Positions 19,304 through 29,831 of a DNA stretch of 64,000 bases are shown in pieces (within the stretch, counting starts at the first letter, position 1; every line of letters starts with the position of its first letter). Position numbers and translations under genes: made by a program. This DNA is from Candidatus Latescibacterota bacterium (GTDB lineage Bacteria; Latescibacterota; UBA2968; GCA-2709665), in contig OZ220733.1 of NCBI GenBank assembly GCA_965116875.1, positions 4,224,001 through 4,288,000 on the forward strand, given 5' to 3'. The notes beneath the pieces were generated by a model, which saw only the letters and a program-made list of their open reading frames with translations, did no database searches and was not told where the DNA came from.

Positions 19304-20322
19304 GCGCGAAACGGGCGTATGGTTTGAAGGGACCTTCAGCCTTCGCGGGTGGCGCCGAAACGCCGGATTCCTATCGGGTTCTCGAGGCGCTTGGCAAACA
19401 ACGGGCAATGCACGTTCCCGTTTCGGAAATTGCCGTCGCGCTTTCGTGCAGACCCGACGACGTGCGCTGCTCGGTTGAAGCGATGCGTCGTCTCGGTTAT
19501 TCTGTTTCGGAACGACCTGGAGAGGGCATTCGCCTGGCCACCGAAACCGACGTGATCGTCCGGAGCCGACTTCGGGAAGGACTCGGTTCCCGTGTTCTGG
19601 GCCGTTCCCTCGCCTGCTTTCTGGAGCTGGATTCGACCAATGCCCTGGCAACCCGGGCCGCGCTGACCGGTGCGGCGCACGGCACGGTTGTGCTTGCGGA
19701 ACATCAGAAGGCCGGTCGCGGTCGCCTGGGCAGAAACTGGTTTTCGCCGCCCGGCGTGGGGCTCTGGTTCTCCCTGATACTCCGTTACGATTTGGAAGTC
19801 GCACGCGCCTGGATGCTTACCCTCGGCGCGGCCGTTGCGCTCGCCGACGCCGTTGAGGCTTCAACCGGTGTATGCCCGGACGTCAGGTGGCCGAACGACC
19901 TGTACCTGAACGATCGCAAGCTGGCGGGCATCCTTACCGAGGTGCGCGGCGGCGACCGCGGTCTGGACTTCGCCGTTCTCGGCATCGGGATAAACGTCAA
20001 TCAGGAGGAGGCTGACTTTCCTCCGGGCCTGCAGAATACCGCGACGTCCCTTCGGTGTGGCACGGGTCGGACACACGACCGGACGGCGATGCTGGTGGAA
20101 GCGTTGCGGGCGTTGGAACAGGTTTACGCCGGGCTCGATGCCGAACGGATCCGGAAACTGTGGACGGGCAAAGCCCGGATGCTGGGCAACCCGGTTTGCA
20201 TCAGGACGGGTTCCGGCCCGGTCCGGGGTGTGGCGGAGGATCTCGGGACCGATGGCGCGCTGCTGGTTCGGGGCGGGGACGGCAGGGTCCGGAGGGTCCT
20301 GGCCGGCGACGTGGGAGTGTAG
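19300..20322 (+). CDS. birA: Bifunctional biotin-protein ligase/repressor
   Basis: N-terminal HTH, DSTN, Q.AGRGRLGRNW, WPND, KLAGIL, GIGINV. Confidence 0.93.
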   Translation: MSAKRAYGLKGPSAFAGGAETPDSYRVLEALGKQRAMHVPVSEIAVALSCRPDDVRCSVEAMRRLGYSVSERPGEGIRLATETDVIVRSRLREGLGSRVLGRSLACFLELDSTNALATRAALTGAAHGTVVLAEHQKAGRGRLGRNWFSPPGVGLWFSLILRYDLEVARAWMLTLGAAVALADAVEASTGVCPDVRWPNDLYLNDRKLAGILTEVRGGDRGLDFAVLGIGINVNQEEADFPPGLQNTATSLRCGTGRTHDRTAMLVEALRALEQVYAGLDAERIRKLWTGKARMLGNPVCIRTGSGPVRGVAEDLGTDGALLVRGGDGRVRRVLAGDVGV

Positions 20323-20393
20323 AGTTTCTTCACGTTGGGACCTTAATCAACGGTTCGCGGTCTTCGGACAGCATGCCGGATTTGCTGACCTGA

Positions 20394-21161
20394 ATGTTTC
20401 TTGCATTCGACATCGGAAATTCCAGTATCGGCTGCGCCGTGTTCGACGGCGAAGAACTGCGGACTCGCTGGCGCATGGACACGGGGCTTGCCAGCACTGC
20501 GTACGCAACGCGCCTTGGCCGCGTACTGGAACGCGCGGGCATAGGGGCCCCGGGGTTGGAAGGCGCCATTGCGTCGTCGGTGGTCAGAGGGTTGACGGAA
20601 GTGATGGGCAGGGCCGTCCGGTCGGTGGCGGGGTGTGATCTGATGGAGGCAAATCCCCATGCCGATCCCGGCATCGACGTCGCCGCCGAGAAGCCCGAGG
20701 CCGTTGGCGTCGACCGGCTTCTGGCTGCCGGGGCCGCGTTCAGACAGGTCGGCGGTTCCGTCATCGTAGTTGACGTTGGCACAGCCCTTACAGTCGATCT
20801 GGTTTCCGCCGCGGGGTGTTTCATGGGCGGAACGATCTCGCCGGGCCTCAAGGCCATGGCAGAAGCGCTTGCGACGGGGGCCAGTTTGCTGCCTCATGTG
20901 GACATCACAGCGCCTGCATCGGCGTTGGGGCGGGACACGCCGGAGTGTATTCGGGCGGGTGTGGTGTTTGGGGCGGCCGGAGCCGTGGATCGGCTGGTCG
21001 AAGAGTTGAAAGACGCAACGGACGGAGCGCCGAGGGTCGTTCTCACCGGCGGCGACGCGCCGATCCTGTCCCCCTATCTCAAATCTCCGCACGATTCCCA
21101 ACCCGACCTGGTTCTGCGAGGGTTGGCTTACGCATTCATGAAACGACAGCTGAAAACGTAG
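20394..21161 (+). CDS. coaX: Type III pantothenate kinase
   Basis: DIGNS, GVDR, DVGTALT, GGTISPG, TGGDA. Confidence 0.95.
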   Translation: MFLAFDIGNSSIGCAVFDGEELRTRWRMDTGLASTAYATRLGRVLERAGIGAPGLEGAIASSVVRGLTEVMGRAVRSVAGCDLMEANPHADPGIDVAAEKPEAVGVDRLLAAGAAFRQVGGSVIVVDVGTALTVDLVSAAGCFMGGTISPGLKAMAEALATGASLLPHVDITAPASALGRDTPECIRAGVVFGAAGAVDRLVEELKDATDGAPRVVLTGGDAPILSPYLKSPHDSQPDLVLRGLAYAFMKRQLKT

Positions 21162-21205
21162 ACGAGCGGAAGAAGAATTCCCGCGGGCTGAATTCCGGAG
21201 TGGGT

Positions 21206-22045
21206 TTACGAAACCGCGTTACCGTTCGGTTCCCTGGCGGCCGATTCGACGAGCGATTTCAGCGTTCTCAGGTTACGTTCCGCGGTTGACAGCGCGTCTT
21301 CCATGGGAGGCGTCTCAAACACGAGCGGGCCGGCGTAGTCCACGTCAACCAGCGCTTTCAGACAGCCCTCCAGGTCGATTTCGCCCTCGCCCACGTAACA
21401 GGGAGTCCGGTCTGTTCGCGGGTCTTTGATATGGACCTGTACAATCCGGTCTCCAAGGCAGCGGATATCCGCGACAGAGTTGCTGCCCAGCATCTGGGCG
21501 TTGCCGACGTCGAAGTAGGCCCCAACGTTCGGATTGTCCACCGCATCGATCAGCTCCATCATTTGCTCACCGGTCACGACGTGGCTGCGCCCCACGTTCT
21601 CCAGGCCGATGCGGACGCCCTGGCCGGCCGCGTGTGTGGCCACGGCGCGGGTTTCGTACGCCCAGCGATGGGCGGCCTCGTGCGGGGGCAATCCCAGCGG
21701 ATTCGTGACCGGAATGAGTATGGTCCCGATGCCCAGGACTCTGCAGGCGTGAATGGCCTGGAAGACGATCTGTTTGGCCATGAAGCGGTTCGCCACGTCC
21801 GGGTCGGCAAAGGTGAAATGCCAGAACGTGTGAAGACATACGGAGAAGACAGGAACGCCGGCCGATTCAGCGCGCCGTCCCAGCGCGTCGATGCCCTCAT
21901 CGTTCCAGAGGTCGGAGGCGCGGTAGGTGCCTGCCCGAACGCCCAGCTCAACGCCGTCGTAACCGAGCGCTTTCGCTCTGGGGAACACATCCACCCAGTC
22001 TGATTTCAGTACGTCTTCCAGGATACCGAATTGAAAACGGTTCAT
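21206..22045 (-). CDS. Sugar phosphate isomerase/epimerase family (TIM barrel)
   Basis: GYDGVEL, GLENV, YFDVGN, VHIKD; start MNRFQF at 22045. Confidence 0.85.
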   Translation of the reverse strand: MNRFQFGILEDVLKSDWVDVFPRAKALGYDGVELGVRAGTYRASDLWNDEGIDALGRRAESAGVPVFSVCLHTFWHFTFADPDVANRFMAKQIVFQAIHACRVLGIGTILIPVTNPLGLPPHEAAHRWAYETRAVATHAAGQGVRIGLENVGRSHVVTGEQMMELIDAVDNPNVGAYFDVGNAQMLGSNSVADIRCLGDRIVQVHIKDPRTDRTPCYVGEGEIDLEGCLKALVDVDYAGPLVFETPPMEDALSTAERNLRTLKSLVESAAREPNGNAVS

Positions 22046-22162
22046 TGCCTTCCTTCCCGAAATCGATGGTTCCGCTTGAACAGGAAGCCCATCTCGCCGC
22101 AATCATAGCGAAAAAGAGAATGGATCGGGTCCGGGCTCCGGGATTCCGCTGTTTCCGGCCAA

Positions 22163-22324
22163 GAAGCTGCCTTAAAATTCCCAGCGGTCTTCGCACGGCT
22201 GCAAAAGCGCCGGTCGGCGTTGGTCAATTCCACCCGTATAGGCAAATATGGGCGGATTTTCCCGCCTTGACCGCCGCTTTTTCGCACGTGCTCGGGAACT
22301 CACCGGTAATTTTAATACAACTTT
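22163..22324 (-). repeat. MITE-like element family A, copy 2 (inverted)
   Basis: Reverse complement aligns with 16200-16361 over 162 bp. Confidence 0.85.
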
Positions 22325-22499
22325 CAAAGTAAAAAAGGTACGGGGCGATGTCAACCGGATCGTTGAATCACGCAAGCGCGGTTTACCGGGTTTCAGTTCT
22401 CGACACTGCGGTCGATCGAATCGCATCGGGATGCCGTCATTCGGATTGACATCGGATCGCGGTCGGGGTATTATGGGTCCATTTCGGAGGAGGCGGGCG

Positions 22500-23276
22500 A
22501 TGAAGACCGCGCTGTGCACGATCGCGTTTAAAGACAGGCCGTTCGAGGACGTCCTGGATCTTGCCGTCAGGGCCGGTTTCGACGGTGTCGAGCCATGGGG
22601 AAAACCGGATCATATGCCCGCTGAGTACAACCCGGATGAAAACCGGCGGATCGCACGGGCCATCCGGGAGCGAGGACTGGAAGTATCGCAGTACGGATCG
22701 TACATCAATCCGGTCTCGGGCGGATTCGAAAGGGAGATGGCGGAAGGTCTGGATACCGCATCCGAACTGGGTACGGACAGAATCCGGGTCTGGGCGGGGT
22801 CCTGCGGTTCGGGCGAAGCCACAGACGAGGACTGGCGAAGGGCGATTTCCGGATTCCGCCGGTTCGCCGACCGCGCGGGTGACCGGGGCGTGAGCCTTGT
22901 CCTGGAGATGCACCTGGGATACTTGTGCGATACGCCCGGGGGCAGTATTAGACTCGTGGAGGGCGTGGACCGGCCCAATTTTCTCCTGAATTTCCAGCCG
23001 ATGTACACGGACGGCGCCTCAAGGGTCATTGCAGTGGCGCGGCAGGTGGCGCCGCACGTGGCAACTGTCCACGCTCAGAACTATACCGCGCCAGGGCGGA
23101 ACGCGCGGAGCCTGATATCGGCCGGTTACGTGGACTACCGTGCGGTCGTCCGGGAGCTTTCCGCGGCGGGTTTCGACGGTTATCTGGAAGTCGAGTTCGT
23201 CACGGAGGACGATCCGGAGGCCGCGCTGAAGGCGGATGCCGCGTTTCTGCGCACGTTGTGCGAGGCAACAGACTGA
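22500..23276 (+). CDS. Sugar phosphate isomerase/epimerase family (TIM barrel)
   Basis: GFDGVEPWG, IRVWAG, LEMH, GYLEVEF; GGAGG RBS before ATG 22500. Confidence 0.85.
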   Translation: MKTALCTIAFKDRPFEDVLDLAVRAGFDGVEPWGKPDHMPAEYNPDENRRIARAIRERGLEVSQYGSYINPVSGGFEREMAEGLDTASELGTDRIRVWAGSCGSGEATDEDWRRAISGFRRFADRAGDRGVSLVLEMHLGYLCDTPGGSIRLVEGVDRPNFLLNFQPMYTDGASRVIAVARQVAPHVATVHAQNYTAPGRNARSLISAGYVDYRAVVRELSAAGFDGYLEVEFVTEDDPEAALKADAAFLRTLCEATD

Positions 23277-23306
23277 CCTCGAAACCCGCGAAAAGGAGGC
23301 CGGAAG

Positions 23307-24062
23307 ATGGAATTTCTGCTGGCGTGTCTTGTTATCGCTGTGGTATTGACGGCGGTGGATTCAGCGCATGCCGAGGGTCGGCCGAGCTACACGATCTATC
23401 GCGCCGGAACGCCGATTACGGTTGACGGACGGCTGGACGAACCGGCGTGGGTCGCCGCGCCCGACGTCGGCGCGTTCGTTTTCCCGTGGTACATCGACGG
23501 CAAAAAGGAGCAGACCGTGGCCAAGATGCTCTGGGACGATACCCATTTGTACGTGTCGTACATTTGTGAAGACGCCCATATCTGGGCGGACCACACCCGT
23601 CGCAACAGCGAGGTGTACGATGACGACTGTGTGGAGGTGTTCGCCGCGCCGGACCCCGACCGACCGCACGTTTATTTCAATATCGAGATGAATGTACTGA
23701 GCATTTTTCTGGACCGGTACAATCCGAAGGGTGCGGGTGAAGTCGTGGACACCGGGTGGCGGGCAAAGGGCGTCCAGGTTTCAACGTGTATCTCGGGTAC
23801 GTTGAACGACGACGAGGATACCGACTCGTATTGGGTCCTCGAGGCTGCCGTACCTTTCGATAATTTCGCCGCCGTTGCGAAGAATACGCCGCCGTCGCCG
23901 GGCGACGTGTGGAACCTGAACCTGAACCGGCTCGGCGGCAAGACCAACGCCCAGTTCAGCCAGTGGCGCCCCAGCCGGACGCCGGAGCCGCAGTTTCACG
24001 CTCCCGATGACTTCGGCCAGGTCAGGTTTTCGGACGCGGCGAGTCCATTCTGGAAGCGGTAA
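23307..24062 (+). CDS. Carbohydrate-binding family 9-like (DOMON-like) secreted protein
   Basis: Signal peptide; ITVDGRLDEPAW, WDDTHLY, DDCVEVF, FHAPDDFG. Confidence 0.85.
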   Translation: MEFLLACLVIAVVLTAVDSAHAEGRPSYTIYRAGTPITVDGRLDEPAWVAAPDVGAFVFPWYIDGKKEQTVAKMLWDDTHLYVSYICEDAHIWADHTRRNSEVYDDDCVEVFAAPDPDRPHVYFNIEMNVLSIFLDRYNPKGAGEVVDTGWRAKGVQVSTCISGTLNDDEDTDSYWVLEAAVPFDNFAAVAKNTPPSPGDVWNLNLNRLGGKTNAQFSQWRPSRTPEPQFHAPDDFGQVRFSDAASPFWKR

Positions 24063-24125
24063 CGACGTGAAGAGAGACTTCAGCGGTCCGGCACGGCCGG
24101 CTGAATCCGCTCGCAGAGGACGTCC

Positions 24126-24881
24126 TTGATGCCTGGCACGCGTACACTGGCACTGGCCGGGCTTATTCTGGCCGGCGCAGACGGCTCTCCCGCAGAAGAG
24201 ATCCGCGATATTCAGGTGCTCGTGGATCGCATGGACCGCCTGTACCGAAGCGAAACCAGTTACGCCGAACTGGAGATGGAAATCCGGACGCCCCACTGGC
24301 GGCGGACGCTTCGGATGAAGATGTGGACGGAAGGGTTGCGCAAGACCTTTGTCACCATTCTGGCGCCGAAGAAAGAAGCCGGTACGTCAACACTGCGCGT
24401 GGGCACGGAAATGTGGAACTATTTTCCCAGAATCAATAAAGTCATCAAGGTTCCGCCTTCGATGATGATGGGATCGTGGATGGGATCGGATTTTACAAAT
24501 GACGACCTGGTGAAAGAAACTTCGCTCGCGGTGGACTACCGGCCCGCCTTCGGGACGCCAGAGAACGACTCCGTGTACGAAGTCGTGTTGATTCCCAGGG
24601 AGGAGACACCCACGGTATGGGGCAAGATCGTACTCACGATACGGAAATCCGACCTGATCCCCGTATCGTACGTATACTTCGACGAGCGCGGCGATCCGAT
24701 GCGGGAAATGACGTTTTCAGGTCCAAGGGACTTCGGTGGACGAACCTTGCCCGCGGTGCTGGAAATGAAGCCCTTGAAGAAGGACGGCCACAATACGGTG
24801 ATACGATACCTGGATGCGCATTTCGACAGACGCCAGGCAAAGGACACGTATACCCATCGGAATCTGCGGCGCCGCAGATGA
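24126..24881 (+). CDS. Outer membrane lipoprotein-sorting (LolA-like) protein
   Basis: MWNYFPRINKVIK, SWMGSDFTNDDL motifs. Confidence 0.88.
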   Translation: MMPGTRTLALAGLILAGADGSPAEEIRDIQVLVDRMDRLYRSETSYAELEMEIRTPHWRRTLRMKMWTEGLRKTFVTILAPKKEAGTSTLRVGTEMWNYFPRINKVIKVPPSMMMGSWMGSDFTNDDLVKETSLAVDYRPAFGTPENDSVYEVVLIPREETPTVWGKIVLTIRKSDLIPVSYVYFDERGDPMREMTFSGPRDFGGRTLPAVLEMKPLKKDGHNTVIRYLDAHFDRRQAKDTYTHRNLRRRR

Positions 24882-24911
24882 TCCGGCTACATCGGAACCC
24901 CCCACGGATTT

Positions 24912-25163
24912 TTCGCATCGTTCGCAGTCTCGTCGTCTCGCCGTTTCGTCTTTTCGTAGTCTCGTATTCTCGTATTCTCGTATTCTCGCAGTCTCGCCGT
25001 TCGCAGTTTCGTATTCTCGTCTTTTCGCAGTTTCGCCTTTCGTAGTCTCGTATTCTCGCAGTTTCGCCGTTCGCAGTCTCGTAGTTTCGTAGTCTCGTTC
25101 CTTCGCCGTTTCGTCGTTCGCAGTTTCGCCGTTTCGTATTCTCGAATTCTCGTATTCTCGTAG
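24912..25163. repeat. Degenerate 7-8-bp tandem repeat (consensus TCGYMKTY), about 30 units
   Basis: Units TCGTATTC, TCGCAGTC, TCGCAGTT, TCGCCGTT, TCGTAGTC read directly. Confidence 0.9.
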
Positions 25164-25188
25164 GCCGTTGCAGGCTGGAAGGCTGTCG

Positions 25189-26403
25189 ATGGTGCTCAGA
25201 ATCTCGTTTCGGAATTGCTTTCGCCAGCGACGGCGGTCGGTATTGACCCTGGCGGCGATGGCGGGGGGGTTTGCGCTGTGCTCGCTCTCCATCGGGATTT
25301 CGGATGGTACCTATCTCGGGCTGATCGAGGCGTTTACCAGGAACCGGACAGGCCACATTCAGATTCATGGTGCGGGGTACCTCGACAAACCCACCCTTTA
25401 CAATACCATCGACGAACCGGATCGGGTGGGGGAGACCATCGAATCATTGGACGTTGTCGCGGCATGGACGCCGCGGGTGTACTCTCCGGTACTGGCTGCT
25501 GCAGGAAACAGGACCGCCGGGGCGCGGATCGTTGGCGTGTTGCCCGGCCGCGAAGCACGTACAACCCGTCTCAAATTGCAAGTGTCCGCGGGTCGGTATC
25601 TGACGAACCGCTCCGTTGCGGAGGTTATGCTTGGCCATGGACTGGCAGAGGCGCTGGGTGCAACCACTGGCGGTGAGGTGATCCTGATCGGGCAGGCCGC
25701 GGACGGATCCATTGCCAACGACGTCTACCGCGTAGTGGGAATCGTGGGCGACGCCAGGGACCCGTACCAGCGCGCAGCCCTGTATATGCACCTCACGGAG
25801 GCGCAGCGTTTCCTGGAGTTGGGACGTCGTGTCCACGAAGTTGCGGTCGTGATTGCGGACGCATCGGCGTCGAAGCGTATCGCCGGTCAACTGGATGGCA
25901 TCCTGGCCGGCAACCCGGTGGAGGTCTCGCCGTGGCAGGTGGTAGAGAGGGCGTTCTACCGGGCGATGCAGGCCGACCTCCAGGGGATGTGGATATCGCT
26001 CGGTATCATCAACCTGATCGTGGCCATCGGCGTGTTGAATACCGTACTCATGGCCATTATGGAGCGTACCCGGGAATTCGGCGTGCTGCGGGCGCTGGGC
26101 ACGCGACCGGCTACCGTGTTTGTCCTGATTCTGGGCGAGACCGCCCTGCTATCGGTTTTCGGCGTACTGTTCGGCGGTGCGTTGGGCGTAATCTTCAACA
26201 CCGTCCTGGCGAAACACGGCATCGTCTACCCGACGCCCGTGGAATACGGCGGCTATGTTTTCGATCGGCTGGTCAGTATGGTTTCGTTCCGGTCGGTCTG
26301 GATACCGGCGGTGCTGACCTTTGGCACCGCCATTCTTGTGAGTCTGATCCCCGCGACACGCGCGGCCAGAGTCGCCCCCGCGAGGGCGATGCGGACGCAT
26401 TGA
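25189..26403 (+). CDS. ABC transporter permease (LolE/MacB/FtsX-like)
   Basis: FRNCFRQRRRS, GHIQIH, ERTREFGVLRALG. Confidence 0.92.
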   Translation: MVLRISFRNCFRQRRRSVLTLAAMAGGFALCSLSIGISDGTYLGLIEAFTRNRTGHIQIHGAGYLDKPTLYNTIDEPDRVGETIESLDVVAAWTPRVYSPVLAAAGNRTAGARIVGVLPGREARTTRLKLQVSAGRYLTNRSVAEVMLGHGLAEALGATTGGEVILIGQAADGSIANDVYRVVGIVGDARDPYQRAALYMHLTEAQRFLELGRRVHEVAVVIADASASKRIAGQLDGILAGNPVEVSPWQVVERAFYRAMQADLQGMWISLGIINLIVAIGVLNTVLMAIMERTREFGVLRALGTRPATVFVLILGETALLSVFGVLFGGALGVIFNTVLAKHGIVYPTPVEYGGYVFDRLVSMVSFRSVWIPAVLTFGTAILVSLIPATRAARVAPARAMRTH

Positions 26404-26491
26404 GGAGACCCTGCACGCGTCCGAAACCGGGAGTCCCCGGTGCGCCGGGGCGGGCGCAGGCAATCCGGGTCGCACGCTGGAAGAACCCAAC

Positions 26492-27718
26492 ATGCTGTTT
26501 TTTATAAAAATGGCCTGGATGAATTCCTTTCGAAACGCACGACGGACGTTGCTTGCCGGGCTCGCCATCGGAATCGGACTGGCGGCTTTGATCTTTACGG
26601 ACGGTCTGATGATCGGGATGTCCGGCTCCATTGTACGAATTGCGACGGACACCTTCATGGGGCACGGCCAGGTACACGCGGAGGGATTCAGGAGCACGCG
26701 CGACGTGGCGCGGGTCGTGAGGGGGCTGCCCGGCGTCCTGGAACGCCTGAGGACCGACCCGCAAGTGGAACGCATTGCACTGCGGGTGCAGACGCCCGGA
26801 ATGCTGGCTTCGCCGGCCACGTCCGCTACGGTGCTGCTTTACGGGGTCGACCCTGGCCTGGAAAAGGCGTTCTCCAGGGTGGACGAGGCCATCGTAGAGG
26901 GCTCGTTCCTCGAGCGGAGCGACCGGCGAAAGATCCTGCTGGGATCGAAACTGGCGGAAGCGCTGGAGATTGGCCCGGGCGACCGGGTTGTGGTGACCGC
27001 GGCTGAGGCGCAGTCCGGTGAATTGGCCCAGGAGATGTTCCGCGTGGGGGGGATATTTCACTTTGATGTCCGCGAACTGGATGGCGGAGTGGGTTTCGCG
27101 CATATCGAGACCGTGCAGGGGCTGCTGGGACTTCCGGGTGAGGTGCACGAGATCGCCCTCCATTTCAAGTCGTTTTCGGGAAACGAGGCAGCGGATGCCG
27201 GTTTCCGGTCGCGATTCTCGCGGGACGGAAACGAAGCCAGAAGCTGGCGGGAACTGATGCCCCAGCTCAGCGCGGTTCTGGATATGTCCGGGTTCTCATC
27301 GTTGATTGTCGGCGTCATCCTGTTTGCGGTGGTTTCACTGGGCATTGTCAACACCCTGTTCATGTCGCTGCACGAACGGATGTTCGAGTACGGGGTGCTC
27401 AGGGCCGTGGGCACGCGTCCGGGGCGCATGGCGATGATGATCCTGTTCGAAGCCGGCGCACTCTCGTTGTTCAGCATCCTGATCGGATGCTGTATCGGAT
27501 TCGCTGTGACTCTTCTGTTTTCCATTCATGGAATCGACTACGCGGGCATCGAGTTTGCCGGCGTGACCATGAAGGAGATGATCTATCCGGTGCTTCGGCT
27601 GGAGCAGTTCGTCCTGTTTCCGGTGTGTGTTTTTCTCTTTACACTTGTCGCCGGAATCTATCCTGCCGTCTACGCTGCGCGGCTGAAACCAGCACAGGCG
27701 ATGAAGACGTACGAGTGA
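26492..27718 (+). CDS. ABC transporter permease (LolE/MacB/FtsX-like)
   Basis: AWMNSFRNARRT, ERMFEYGVLRAVG, YPAVYAARL. Confidence 0.92.
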   Translation: MLFFIKMAWMNSFRNARRTLLAGLAIGIGLAALIFTDGLMIGMSGSIVRIATDTFMGHGQVHAEGFRSTRDVARVVRGLPGVLERLRTDPQVERIALRVQTPGMLASPATSATVLLYGVDPGLEKAFSRVDEAIVEGSFLERSDRRKILLGSKLAEALEIGPGDRVVVTAAEAQSGELAQEMFRVGGIFHFDVRELDGGVGFAHIETVQGLLGLPGEVHEIALHFKSFSGNEAADAGFRSRFSRDGNEARSWRELMPQLSAVLDMSGFSSLIVGVILFAVVSLGIVNTLFMSLHERMFEYGVLRAVGTRPGRMAMMILFEAGALSLFSILIGCCIGFAVTLLFSIHGIDYAGIEFAGVTMKEMIYPVLRLEQFVLFPVCVFLFTLVAGIYPAVYAARLKPAQAMKTYE

Positions 27719-27746
27719 ACGTAAACCGGGGAAATCGGAGTGTTGC

Positions 27747-28451
27747 ATGCCCGGAGATTCCGTGTTAATTGAAGCGGAAGGCGTGAGCAAGACCTACCGC
27801 GTGGGGGAGGTGAGCGTATCCGCGTTGAAGACCGTAGACCTCAAGATTGGACGGGGTGAGTTCACCGCGATTGCAGGCCCCTCGGGATCCGGGAAATCCA
27901 CGTTGTTGAATATTCTGAGTGGACTGGATTCGCCCACCACCGGCCGGGTGAGCCTGGCCGGTACGCCGATCAGTGAAATGGGTGGACGCGCGCTTTCGGA
28001 TTTTCGACGCGACCATATCGGGTTCATTTTTCAGGCTTTCAATTTGATCCCGGTACTCACGGTGCTCGAGAACATCGAGTACGTTCTGCTGCTGCAGGGC
28101 GTGTCGCGCCACGACCGCCGCGAACGCGTGCGGGAAATGTTGTCTACCGTTGGTCTGGAGGGGATGGAAGACAGGCGTCCTCCCCAGCTTTCGGGCGGGC
28201 AGCAGCAACGGGTGGCGGTCGCCCGGGCTATGGTATCGCGGCCGGACCTGATTCTGGCGGACGAGCCCACGGCCAATCTGGATTCCGCCACCGGCGGCGC
28301 GCTGCTGGATCTGATGAGGGAGTTGAACGAGCGCCGCCGGATGACCTTCCTGTTTTCTTCGCACGATCGAATGATCATGGATCGGGCCAAACGGCTGGTG
28401 GTGTTGAAGGATGGAAGCCTTGTACAGGATATTACCCGGAGCGGGGCGTAG
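27747..28451 (+). CDS. ABC transporter ATP-binding protein (LolD-like)
   Basis: [28 protein letters not shown]. Confidence 0.95.
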   Translation: MPGDSVLIEAEGVSKTYRVGEVSVSALKTVDLKIGRGEFTAIAGPSGSGKSTLLNILSGLDSPTTGRVSLAGTPISEMGGRALSDFRRDHIGFIFQAFNLIPVLTVLENIEYVLLLQGVSRHDRRERVREMLSTVGLEGMEDRRPPQLSGGQQQRVAVARAMVSRPDLILADEPTANLDSATGGALLDLMRELNERRRMTFLFSSHDRMIMDRAKRLVVLKDGSLVQDITRSGA

Positions 28452-29691
28452 AAGCTCACGCACGCCTGCGCATGGGTTGTACCTGTGTTTACCGGTTCTC
28501 CTGGTTTTGATTCCGACGAGGGGGTCAACGGAAGAAGACCGATTCAGGCTGAGCGGATACGCGAAGACCTTCGCCATGTACCAACAGCCGGCATCCGTCC
28601 CTGAATTCCGGAATGAGGAATCCCCGCGGATATGGTTGAACCGTGTTCGCGCAAAGTTGCTCTGGCGTCCGGCGCACGTCGTTTCCGGAGAGTTCGCGTA
28701 CGAATTGTCCGTTCGAGTGACGGGGGCGTCTTCCTCAGGCGCGGCGTGGCTGGCGGCGCCCTCGCTGTTCGATTACCGGGTGAGAGACCTCGAAACCAGA
28801 CTGTTTCCCCGCGGCGACGCCACGGCCCGCGGATTTACCGCAAGTCAAAATCTGGACCGTGCGGTGGTGACGGTATCACTGCCGCGCGCGGATATCTACG
28901 TTGGCCGGCAGGTCGTCGCCTTCGGTTCGGCGCGTACAGTGAATCCGACCGACGTCGTTGCGCCTTATTCTCCGGAAGTGCTGGACAAGGAAGAACGCGT
29001 TGGGGTGGATGCCATCCGGTTGCGGGTGCCGGTTGGAACCATGGGGGAGTTGGACGCCGGTGTGGTTCCAGGGTGGGATGTTTCGACACGAAGCGGGGCC
29101 GGCTTCGTTCGCGGCGGGTTCATTTCGCACGGCGTCGACGTCTATATGATGGCAATGGGGTTCAGGGATCATCTGCTCCTCGGCCTGGATCTCGCGGGAT
29201 CGCTGGGGGACGCGGGGGCCTGGCTGGAGGCTGCGTGGACCAGGCGCCCGGACGGCCGGTCGTTTCTGCGGATTTCGACAGGACTCGATCATCAATTCCC
29301 GAACGGAATCTACGGAACCCTTGAGTATCACCTGAACGGCGCAGGTGTTTCCCGCGCACGCGACTATGCCACGCTTCGTGACGACCGGACCTATACAGCC
29401 GGAGGCGTGTTCCTGTTGGGAAGGCATTATGTGGCGCCAGGTCTGGCGTGGCAACTTACACCGCTCTGGTCGGTTCATCTGCCGGTTCTGTGGAACCTGA
29501 CGGACCGGTCCGCGTTTCTGTCGCCCGCGTTTGAGTACGGAATTCTTCAGAATGGATCCGTCTCCGGCGGCGTGCTTTTCGGGCTTGGCAGGAGTACCGG
29601 CGCGTCTCCAATGTCGGATTCAAGGGACGCTCGGTCGGAGTTCGGACCGTTTCCGACGCTGGGTTTCGTGTCCATGAGCTATTATTTCTGA
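28411..29691 (+). CDS. Putative outer-membrane barrel protein associated with the LolA-like/ABC module
   Basis: [21 protein letters not shown]-terminal YYF; start uncertain. Confidence 0.7.
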   Translation: MEALYRILPGAGRRSSRTPAHGLYLCLPVLLVLIPTRGSTEEDRFRLSGYAKTFAMYQQPASVPEFRNEESPRIWLNRVRAKLLWRPAHVVSGEFAYELSVRVTGASSSGAAWLAAPSLFDYRVRDLETRLFPRGDATARGFTASQNLDRAVVTVSLPRADIYVGRQVVAFGSARTVNPTDVVAPYSPEVLDKEERVGVDAIRLRVPVGTMGELDAGVVPGWDVSTRSGAGFVRGGFISHGVDVYMMAMGFRDHLLLGLDLAGSLGDAGAWLEAAWTRRPDGRSFLRISTGLDHQFPNGIYGTLEYHLNGAGVSRARDYATLRDDRTYTAGGVFLLGRHYVAPGLAWQLTPLWSVHLPVLWNLTDRSAFLSPAFEYGILQNGSVSGGVLFGLGRSTGASPMSDSRDARSEFGPFPTLGFVSMSYYF

Positions 29692-29722
29692 AAACCGCAG
29701 CGCGAAATGCGGCGTGAATTGC

Positions 29723-29796
29723 GGCGCGAATTACCAATTCGCGTTACGGGATCCGGCGCTATTGTGCGGCCGTAGCGCGAAATGGCATTTCGCGCC
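29723..29796. repeat. Pair of REP-like palindromes in inverted orientation
   Basis: GGCGCGAATTACCAATTCGCGTTAC (29723-29747) and GTAGCGCGAAATGGCATTTCGCGCC (29772-29796). Confidence 0.6.
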
Positions 29797-29831
29797 AAAT
29801 GATCACGTCGAACCTTGAACTGGAGAGATTC

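Noticed and set aside
24912-25163. Possible CRISPR array or repetitive protein (minus-strand REYE/TAK ORFs)
   Set aside because: Units are 7-8 bp with no unique spacers and no cas genes; the ORFs are by-products of the repeat
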